Notes under the pieces: generated by a model | The model's database searches: none | What the model was told of the DNA's origin: nothing | The model's input: the letters and a program-made list of their open reading frames with translations, nothing else | Translations under genes and position numbers: made by a program | Source of the DNA: Lobosporangium transversale | Lineage: Eukaryota | Assembly: GCF_002105155.1 (NCBI RefSeq) | Contig: NW_019029015.1 | Coordinates: forward strand, 429,631-449,630 | Length of the DNA: 20,000 nucleotides | Reading direction: 5' to 3' | Part shown: positions 1-10,100 of the stretch, piece by piece | Layout: every line of letters begins with the position of its first letter | Numbering within the stretch: position 1 is the stretch's first letter

Positions 1-165
1 CCTAGCAACAGCAGCAATAATAATAACAATAACAACACCAACAACAACAGCAACAGTGATAGTAGTAGCATTCCTAAAGAAGCGCCATCAGACCAAGCAT
101 TTGAACCAATTGAGTCATCAGAAGTTGAATCCACCCAGGGGGAAGACAGTTTGGAAACTAAGTGA
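1..165 (+). CDS. 3' end of an upstream gene (partial); low-complexity Asn/Ser-rich and acidic C-terminal tail, product unknown
   Basis: Frame 1 is open from base 1: PSNSSNNNNNNNTNNNSNSDSSSIPKEAPSDQAFEPIESSEVESTQGEDSLETK, stop TGA at 163-165, followed by AT-rich UTR-like sequence. Similar poly-Asn tracts occur in other genes of this window. Confidence 0.6.
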   Translation, partial: PSNSSNNNNNNNTNNNSNSDSSSIPKEAPSDQAFEPIESSEVESTQGEDSLETK

Positions 166-409
166 AAAGTGAGATGATTGGGGAAGGGAAGAGGGAAAAA
201 AAAAAACTGAATCAACAGTGTGTACATTAATCGGCATTTGAAATTTAACTTAATGTTTAAAATCCTCTGCATCGTTGCAAAATGAGTTATATTTTGACAG
301 TTCAAATAAAATAAAAAATCATTTATTTTCATTTTTTTGAGGAACTATTTTAATAAGGATTCCACTGTTTGAAAAAATGATACAACCCAAGAATGTTTTT
401 CGCCTATGA

Positions 410-437
<28 letters not shown>

Positions 438-444
<7 letters not shown>

Positions 445-2907
445 GCAGCAGAAAGACTAGCACGTTTGAGATACTGTGGTGGTAATGCGGTGCTACCATC
501 GCCATCCAGTGTCGACTGCGGATTGCTATCGCTGCCGGGATTGTGATGATCAGGTGTGGGTGTTCCAGGAATAGGGGTGGGGACTCTAGATCCGTTGTTA
601 TTCTCACCAAAATAGGTGTCCATCAATAAGGAGGCCAAACGATGCTGATCTCGATCTTCCGACAAGACCAAGACTGATTCGAGGGCATCAACACCGTTCA
701 TCTCCGAGAGCATCGTCGGTGCTTCTGCGATTCCTGAGTTGAGTAACAATTGAACGTAACGAAGACCCAACGAGATCAGCTCAATGTCCTTTGTCCGCAT
801 AAAATCCAAGAATCCTGGGAGTAACTCTTGATGTGGCAGAACTTTTGCATACTCTGGACCATGTGAAGCAAGATTAATCAAGCTATAAGCCGCCTAAGGG
901 CATTGAAGAAGAAAGAAAGAAAGAAAGGAAGGAAGGGAAAAAAGTGTTAATATAATATTATAAATATTTAGAAAAGCGGTTCTACTGAAATGGCTCTTTT
1001 ATCTTACCTCCTTCCGGATATCAAAGTTTTGATGGGTCACAATTTGAGACAGGACAGGAATAAATCCTGCTTCAATGACTTTAATTAGATCTTGGCTTGC
1101 GTGGTCTGCAGTAATGTTGGACATGAGCCAAAGACTTTCTTTCTTGACGGGTCTATGTACAAATATTTGGACGAACGTATTAAGTCAGATGTACAGAAAT
1201 GGATAAGCAATGTTTCAAAATAAGACTAAAAGCCAACAGAATTCTTTTTTCTTTTTTCTTTTTTTTCCTTTACCTGCAATCTGATTGAATGAGTTGAAGC
1301 ATAGAAGGTAGGAATTCCGGTTCATGGATCAATGCTGAGGTGTTGTTATCAGGTCCGCTTGCAATATTACCAAGAGCGCGGATTAATGGAATGGCCAGTG
1401 CCTTTCGATCCAAAAAGTCCTTCAGAGGAGCTACGAGTAGAGGAATCAGACGATTTTCTAGTAACTGTGCACTAATATTATCAGGCCCTGTAGTCAAATA
1501 GACGATCACCCATGCGGCCTCAGATATCACAGCAGGATCCTACAATATAAAAATAAATAAATAGAGAAAGCATTAATATTCATTTTCTTTATTTTAAAAA
1601 AGGGGAGTTTTTTTTTTTTTCTTTATTCTTTTTTCTTTTTTCCTTACTGTGTCAACGCGGAGATGATGAAGCAACGATGGAAGCAGACCAGCTTTGACGA
1701 GCTCTTCTTGATTCGCGCCTTCTCCACGCGCCATATTCGATAAGGCGAAGCAAACAGTCTGGACTAAATTCAAATCCTGCATTGCCAAAATAGAAACATT
1801 CAGCTTTTGGGTTCGACAACATTTTCGTTTTTTATTCTTTTTTTTACCTTTGATTCGAGCAATTTGATTAGAGGTGGTAAGGCTCCAAGGTCCTTGAGTC
1901 TGTCTCTTAATTTGGGTCCTTCAGCTGCAATGTTGCCCAATGCCCAAGCGGACTGGTCTACCAAGGCAATGTTTTGACTATCAAGGAACTGAATCAAATG
2001 TGGAGCGGTACTCAATGCAGCATCGCATAATTCTGCCGATCCGCCAGCTGCCATATTGGTCACCACTGAGGCTGCAAGGAGCTGTTCCTCAGCGTCTGTT
2101 CCGGTGAGTATTCCCTAGTATAATTGAATAATACAAACAAACAAAAAAAATTGTGGGTCAACAAGCAAAAGAGCAGCTAGGCTTTTTCATTTCATTTCGA
2201 GGAAGATACTTACCTCAATAATCTTCATAAAGTCTCCGTTGGTGACCATAGCTTGTAGATCCTTGGAATCATTGTAGGATGTCAAGTAATCACTCAGAGT
2301 CTTGAGTGCATCGGTTTTATCCGATTTCTTACCACTCTGCCACCGTAAATAAAAAAGATTAATATAAAGATCTCATGCACCCGTTAGAAATTATCCAATA
2401 AAGAAAAAAGAAAAGAAAAGAAAAGAAAAAAAAGGAAGGAAGATTTTTTTTTTGTATTGACACTCGTATATTTGTTTGTATGGCAATAAACGTCAATGCA
2501 CCCTTTTTTAATAATAATGGGTCCTCACCTTTAATAAAGCTTGGACGCTGTCAATCTGTTCCTTCTCCAGCTCCACGGTCTCTTCATCTTGAACCGCGAA
2601 ATCATTTTTTATTTGTTTTTTTTTTATATATATATGAAAAGGGAACAGAACCAGAGCCCAAACAATAAAAGAGAGGGGGAAAAAAAAAAAATAAAATAAA
2701 ATAATCAGATCTTCGTATTCATTGCAGCTGTTGCCCTGGATAAAAGAAGGTTAGGGATTAAAGAGAAGGAAACGATGCCAAATAAGATCATAAAATGGGT
2801 GACTGACAAACAATAAATTCATGCAGAATGCATCATTCCTTGGAGAAGCACCTCCCTCCTCTCTCCTCTCTCCTCTCTCTTCCCTTGATTGGGCCAACCA
2901 GACTTGC

Positions 2908-2938
<31 letters not shown>

Positions 2939-3465
2939 GTGAGAAAGATATTTGGCTGAATAAAAAAAGTCTTTCTGTCTTTGTGCACAATCATCCCAGA
3001 TCGTCATCATGGGATTCATAGTTGACTTCAAAGACAAAGAAAAGAGAAGAGAGCAAGTGAAAAACGAGAAGAGGGTGCAAAACGACTGCTTGAAGAGTTT
3101 GAAGGAGAGCATAACAATATGGGTAATTGAGAATTAGAAAAAAATAATGCTTTTTTACCTCCTGTCAACTCTTCGGTCTCTTTGGAACGCTTATACCTCT
3201 TTGCACTGACCAACTCCTCTCGTCTTAGTTTCCTTAGTTGTGCATCCTTCTTGACTCGTCGGGTGATACCCTCCTGTGCTGTCTCTGATGTCAATGGATT
3301 GGGTTTATAAAGAGCTCTGTGTCGAGCAGCCGTTGCTGATGCAGAGGAAGATGCTGTTGACTGTAAAGTATCTGTGTTCTTATCATTATCAGGATTAGTA
3401 TTTGAAGTTGCTGCTGCTTGTGCTGCTGCTAAACGAGCACTGGAACGAAGGGCGCGTTTCTCCAT
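438..3465 (-). CDS. Divergent importin-alpha-like armadillo-repeat protein (IBB-like N-terminus; resembles the plant IMPA-9 / animal TMCO6 type), 583 aa
   Basis: Exons 3465-3159, 2587-2529, 2336-2214, 2114-1848, 1776-1648, 1539-1274, 1152-1008, 893-438, all GT-AG and frame-consistent (1752 nt). IBB-like segment RHRALYK...RRVKKDAQLRKLRREELVSAKR. ARM motifs QSAWALGNIAAEG, CFALSNMARG, IRALGNIASG, KKESLWLMSNITA, FDIRKEAAYSLINL. C-terminal LLMDTYFGE. Confidence 0.9.
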
Positions 3466-3863
3466 CTTGAAGAATAAATGAATAAAGGGAAAGGCAAGGA
3501 ATAAAGAGAAGGAGAGAGAAAGAAAAATGATAAAAATTGGAAAGGATATATAAAGTGTGTTTTAATCGAATTTGGGTGAAGAAGAAAGAGAGAATAGAGA
3601 GAAAAGGGAAAACCATGGGAAAAAAAAAATAAAACACGGACCACGGGACATGACTCCACACGTTCATTTAGATAAATTCTCAGTTATGCAGTCATTTACA
3701 CTGATAAGCATTTCATCATTGTAATCAAATACGAGCGGACTTTGCGGGCTTGACATTACCTTTCTATCTACACGCTGTGAATACTTCGTCAATACCCTTT
3801 GCCTTTGAGCTTTTTTTTTTTTTTTCTTTGCATCCCTCAATGCTTTCAAATGGCTAATTATCA

Positions 3864-4489
3864 ATGATCTACCCTGACGTGTTATACTCTAAGGCCATTG
3901 ACTTTAGTACAGGGGCGATGGCGAGGGCGATTCTGACTCGTGTTGCCCTAAATCCAAATGAGATGCTTCCCGATACCGGCAAAACGCCTAATAGACTCGT
4001 CATCCCAGAATTGGTCCGATCCGAATGGTCATATGGTGTTGGTACAGAGGAGTACCTTATCCGCGCCATATATTTGGATGTAGCTGCTGTCACAGTGAAT
4101 CACTTGGTCCCATATGCATGTACATGTACATCCAAGCTGAAGCTTACAAAGAAGCCTCAAAACCTTCATAGGTTGCTGAAGCATGAGTAGCACAAAAAGT
4201 AAAGTATTTGGCGTGCAAGGAAGTAGCCTTGTAAAACATAACTCAGAGTTGTCTTGCCAGATTATGGCGGGCTATGAGAAGGGCGACACTTTGCTGCTGG
4301 GATAAGCATTGGTAACTCTCCAGAGACAGTTACTGGAAGTAATAACAAGAGAGCCAAGGCCATTCTCGGCGCCTCTCAGGGTATCCAATCTCCTGACCGG
4401 CTATTGTTAATGAGCCAAATTGTTGGACCACGCAACTCGCACAACTAGAACAATCCTGACATTAACACTATACAAGCAAAATATCTATG

Positions 4490-4526
<37 letters not shown>
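3864..4526 (+). other. Orphan coding-like island (108-aa ORF plus broken downstream frames) ending in an A37 run; possible decayed retroposed insertion
   Basis: ORF 3864-4190 and a further open stretch (FAAGISIGNSPETVTGSNNKRAKAILGASQGIQSPDRLLLMSQIVGPRNSHN*) to about 4448. Composition is balanced and lacks the homopolymer tracts of the flanking non-coding DNA. A-run at 4490-4526. No protein family recognised. Confidence 0.3.
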
Positions 4527-4528
<2 letters not shown>

Positions 4529-4939
4529 CGAACGACAATTAACTTATTAGATCAGTATAGAGACTGGCTCTCGGCAACATATCTCTAGCAAAAACAAAAA
4601 GTCAGGAAGGAATAGAAGGTAGACACTTGGTGCTTTTTTTACCTTTAGGCTGGGGTAGAAGGAGTGTAAAATGAGAAGTGGGGACAAGTGAAAGATGAAC
4701 GTAATGGATCATGATGATATAGCTTGATGAATGGTTATGCTTTTACTGATTGACTTTTACCGATTGTGTATATCGCCCAAGTTGGCAAAAGCTAAATGGG
4801 CGAATTTGCCCGTTTTACGGTACAGGTGGCTGTTCGAACTTTATTCATATTTTTTATTTTTTTCGGTGGACTTTCATTTTTTTTTTTTTTTTTTAAAAAA
4901 ACGCGTCCGTTCTACCATTCTACGATTTCTTGAACTATC

Positions 4940-5814
4940 ATGGACTACTCAATGTCCAACAGCTACAGCAATAACAACAATAATAGCAACAACAATAGCA
5001 ACGGCGTCAGTAGTAGCAATGCAAATAACATTCTCCAAGGAACAACTGTCCATGCTCAATTACCACCCCCTGTTGTCTTAACACCTGCATTACTTGGATC
5101 TCTTAAGGTCTCAAAGATCTTTAAGGACAATACAAACATCATTACTTCCCTTGACTTTGATGATACTGGAGTCAAATGTGTTACCAGTGCTCAAGATGAA
5201 AGTCTACATGTTTATGATTGTGTCACTGGAAAGTAAGTCTTTTTTTATTATTAATGCCTCTTTTTTTTGTAAATAAGTATTTAAAAAAAAAAAAAAAAAT
5301 ATTGGAAATCAACTCTCAAGTACTAATGGGTGATTTTTTTTTTTTTTTGGACAAATACATTAAATATTTAAAAAAGGTTAGATAAAACATTATTCAGTAA
5401 AAAATATGGTGTTCATCTCGCCCGCTTTACACATCGATCTACTAATGTCGTCTATGCTTCGACAAAAGAAGATGGTAAATGGATAAAGCTAAAAAAAAAA
5501 AAAAAAAAAAAAAAAAACGTCAAAAGTATCAAACTGATTAATTGACCAAGCTGACTGGTTTTTTTTTTTTTTTTTTTTTTTAGATACTCTCCGATATCTC
5601 TCATTGCATGATAACAAATACATTCGATACTTTCGAGGACATGAAAAGAAGTATGAATTAACACTTGTTTCGCCATGTCATGCTAAATATTTATATTTTT
5701 AATTTTGTCCGCATTTTTTTTTTTTTTTTTTTTTGTTATTTCATGTAACAATTATTAGCATTAACCTCCATGTTCTGTTACTTTTTTTTTTTATTTTTTA
5801 TTTTTTATTTTTTA

Positions 5815-5846
<32 letters not shown>

Positions 5847-6943
5847 AATGATAATAATAATAACAATAACAATAATGACAATAATAAAAAGGGTCACTGC
5901 ATTGGAAATGTCTCCATTGGATGATCAATTCCTAGCAGGAAGTGAAGGTTCAATTCGTTTATGGGATCTTCGTAGTCCCAATTGTCAAGGTGCACTTTCA
6001 GTCATCGGTCGACCTGCTATCGCATTCGACCCTAGTGGTCTCGTCTTTGCAGTCGCTATCGGCTCTACCTTGCGTTTATATGATGTCAAAGTCTTTGATC
6101 AGGGCCCCTTCGAAACTGCTATCATTGGCCTTAACAATCAAAATAATCAAAATGGTTACAACAATACCTTCAACAATCCTATACTATCGTCATCATCAAC
6201 ATCTTCTTCGCCCATCATTGTCACCCAGCTTGAATTCTCTTCAGATGGGAAAAACATCCTTGTCAGCACTGCGGGTGATGCTCATTATATCGTCGATGCC
6301 TATAAGCCCTCCGCCACAAAACTTCGTTTGGTCGGTCATTACAACAGTTATAGCTTTGGCCCTAGGCTCGGAAGGAGTACCTTCTCAGGAGCAGGCGGTC
6401 GAGGAGGGGCAGGCAATGGAGATGACGATGAACCATTTCAAAGTGGTGGAGAGGCCTGTTGGACCCCTGATGGCAAATGTGTCGTCTCTGGCTCAAGGGA
6501 TGGAAGTATCTATGTCTGGGATATCGCTAAAGCCATGTCCGATCAAGCCCTGGGCCTCTTCAATCATAACAATAATAATATGGGCGTCAATGGTGCTGCG
6601 ACAAATACAGGCGTTAATGGAGATTTGGGGCAATCATCTTCAAATTTGCTGAGCCCTGATGGTGAATTAAGACCATTCAAGGCCTTGAAAGCTCATGGAA
6701 CCCCAAGCCATATCGTCGCATTCAATCCAAAATACCTAATGATGGTCAGTGGTTCCACAGAATTGGTAAGCTCTATCTTTCTCAATCACTCCAATACCTC
6801 AATATCCTGTTATAATGTAAAGCTCATGTGACTTTTTTTTTTTGTTTTTTTTAATTGGTGTTCATCAGGCGTTCTGGGAGCCTGACCCAAATGTTGTTGG
6901 AATGGATGCCCTCCATGACTTTTCCAAGGGTGGTCGTCATTGA
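4940..6943 (+). CDS. SWD2: WD40 protein Swd2/WDR82 (COMPASS/Set1 complex and cleavage-polyadenylation/PP1 component)
   Basis: Exons 4940-5232, 5377-5474, 5584-5650, 5892-6765, 6869-6943. Splicing yields the diagnostic [10 protein letters not shown]...[60 protein letters not shown]...[13 protein letters not shown]...[20 protein letters not shown], matching WDR82/Swd2 motifs. Confidence 0.95.
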
Positions 6944-7155
6944 TAAATACCATGCATATGTAAAAAGTTAAAATGTAAAATCAAGAAACAATAAAAAGAT
7001 ACTATGAAAGTTTATTATTAATCATGATAATCTATCAGTAGTTCGTTAGAATCAAGTTCACAAGAACAAAATGGAAAAGAAAACTATGTACATGCTAAAA
7101 ATAAAATAAAATAAAATAAATAAAAAAGACAAACAGGCAACTAAAGTCTTCTATT

Positions 7156-10100
7156 TTAAAAATACTCGGATGGCTGCTGGGTGGTCAACTGCGGTTGGTG
7201 TGCAAGAATATGCTGTGATGTTTGGGATTGTCGTTGCATTAAATATCCATCTGAAGCCATAGATGATGTGGGTATAGATGCCACGCTAGTAGGAGCGCTT
7301 ACATTTGACGTTCTGATATAGAGTCCATTTTGGTCAGCACCTGAGAGCTCACTCTGCATCATATTTTGTGCCAACGAATACATCCCGTTGTTGCCAGAGT
7401 TGCTGACCGTCGTGTTGTTAATGTTATTCTGATCCAACAATTCAGGATTAAACTCTCTTGGTGAACCGAACCTTGCGCCTTCAATTTTGATTTCACTACT
7501 AAGAGCATTGTTCAAGTTGGTGCTACTGTTGTTATTGCTATTGTTGTTGCTACTGTTATTACCGCTGTTGCCTTTGTTGTCATGGTTGGTGTTGGTGAGT
7601 TTGTTTTGTACCTCCACACCAGAGTCTATCATACTTCCTGGATTGCTTCCGTTGTTTTGCATATAAAGCATCCATTCATCTCTATCCATCGAGGTAGGAA
7701 GGCTCCAGAAGGACGAAGAAAATGGATTCTGGTATGAGCTGATGGGTAGTTGATCGCTACCAATGGAGGACGGAGGATGTTGATCTTGCTTAGTTTGTTG
7801 TAGTTGAGGGTGTTGCAAGTTGGCACTTGTAAGGGTCGCAGCACCCGGTGCAGCGAATGGGTCGATATGGGCATTCAGGTTGCTACCAATTCCTCCACTA
7901 CTGACACCACTAATACTGCTACTGTTAATACTGTTACTGTATATTGGCATGCTTGTCGCCGCGGGGCTTTCCTGCAAGATGGGGAAATAACCGCTCGTAG
8001 GCGTCGTGACTGAGGTTGAGGTCGGTGTGGATGTTGCAATGTTAATACTCGGTGATGGAGACGTGTTCTTGCCCTGCCGTGGTCGACGTGGTAAGGGTGA
8101 GTGGCCCTGTATCAATCCCGGGTGAGATTTCATGGGAGGTTGTTGGCTGTAATGACGCTGACTAGCGACAGGACTGAAGTAAGGCGTAGGAGAAAAGTGG
8201 CGTGAATTGCGTCCCATTGGAGCCGCATGTCTAGCCCCTGCTCCATTATAGTAGCCCATAATCTGGTCGATATCAAATGCAAACGATCGCTCTTTTTGAA
8301 TAGCTGCTGCCATTGAGTTGTCTTGTTGCTGAGAACTTGTCCCTAACTTCTTTTTTAGGTCCTCTACACTAGTCAAAGGCAGACTCTTAAACACTAGTTT
8401 AAAGACAATCAATAGGATGATAATTAGGCGCGTGTCGAAAATGGATGCTTTTATTCAAAAAACACGTCATTCAAGCGAAACATGCTCGAATATTTCTTTA
8501 CCTTCTGTTGAATACGGTAGATCAATGTTGCGCGCTTTGAGCAATAGAAGAATATTGTCAGCTGCCATTCTCGCAGTCATCCAAACGTCTTCAACGATAG
8601 CTAAGCATTTCAAAGTCTCAATCGTCCGTAACTTTGCAGAGGCTGCCAGGACAGGGTCGGTGCTAGTGCAGTTTGTTGTATGAACGATTCCAGCTGTAAA
8701 CAAGATGAGGACAGAGTAATACAGCAGACACTTCAGTCTGGAGACACCTCGTTTCTCATCGGTAGCCCTCATCATGTTGCTGGCCATCTCGATTGAATTA
8801 TTCGCGGCCGATGTGCAAATGGACAATGAGATGGATGGATCATTGGGTGCATTTTGTGAGGACTGATGGCTGTATGGCCGATGTAACAGAATCAATACCG
8901 TGTAAAAGGTCATGTGAAGCATGCATACAAATGTTCCAGGCTCTTGCTGCACAGAACGGAACTGGAGTTGAGGTGGCAACGTCAAAAGCCAGTCTGTAAG
9001 CTCCTTGTCTAGCTGCTCTAGCGGCGCAGGGTTGGTCATGGAGCTTTTAGATTTTGACGAAGCCCTGGACATGGGACTATACAAGCTGGCCATCACTCTT
9101 CCAAGAATTCGCGTAAGAGACACCAAATAAATGAACTTCTTTTCCGATTGGGGAGATGGTCCTGTGAGCATAGACGTTGCACCTTCGAGCTTGTATTCAA
9201 TCTGAGTGTTTTCTTCATCAATTCCATCTGGGTAAGTGGCATCCACATCGTTTTCAGTAATACCCTAAAAAAATGGAAAAAAGAAAAAAATCTGAATAAG
9301 CTATTTTCTTTGGGTACGATCAACCATGAAGACGGTACAGACTGGAGAGCTGCAATGAAACATACTTGGGGACGGCCGAATGCAGTTGATAAAATCTTGT
9401 CAGCCATAAAGCAGGTCCACCAAATCCTATTACGTTCCTCACGATCCAGTGCGGGCAAGTGAGGGTTGAGCTTCAGGCAATCGCGATGCAACCCTAAATG
9501 CTGGGCCATACGAACGGCAATGCCGACGTACATCCAGGATCTATATCCATTGCCGGTGCCCATCTGTTGAAAAGCGAGCAAGACAAGGCCACCCACGCAG
9601 TACAAGTCGGGCGTGTCATAGAGGGTATCCAAAATTTGTTTGGCCTTTTCTACAAACCGACCTCCAATTGTCTCAGACTTGGATGGATCTGATCGAAAAG
9701 AGATATCATCCGAGAATTGCGAAGCCAAGGCAAAAATGGAATTGAGCAGAAATAGTAAGGATGGTGTATAGTTGTGATTCTGCAACCTTTTGAAAAAGCT
9801 GGACCAGACAAAGACCGGTGCAAAGGGATGAACATAGGTAAAGTGTAGATTAAGTAAATGTGTCATTTCTTCCGGTGATGGCAAATCTGGATTATTAATG
9901 AACTTGAGTGCTTCCGGTTTCTGGGACTCGCGCTCTCGAGCAGATTGTTGACCACCATAATGTCGAGGACAATAAAACATCGGAGAAGACTTGCCCACAT
10001 AGCGCTCACGGCCTACTTGGTCTAAAGTCAAATGACCCATATCATCCTCCAGATCATCGACTTCTGGAATGGATGGCGTATTTACCCCTTGTTTCAGTAT

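Noticed and set aside
413..440. Importin-like stop codon runs directly into a long A tract on the sense strand, resembling a processed pseudogene tail
   Set aside because: The gene keeps seven introns and an intact frame, and such homopolymers are ubiquitous in this window.
2705..3010. Box C-like ATGATGA (3010-3004, inside an ATCCCA/TGGGAT hairpin) and box D-like CTGA (2708-2705) in importin intron 1
   Set aside because: The boxes are about 300 nt apart and separated by homopolymer and GA-repeat DNA, with no convincing rRNA-antisense guide. An Rfam/snoscan search would be needed.
3680..3719. ATGATGA...CTGA pair on the minus strand upstream of the importin-like gene
   Set aside because: It spans only 40 nt, too short for a typical C/D snoRNA, and no guide sequence was recognised.
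5942..6652. 236-codon ORF in the +1 frame overlapping SWD2 exon 4
   Set aside because: GTG start, no recognisable motifs, and fully nested in a conserved exon. It is best explained by codon bias of the real frame.
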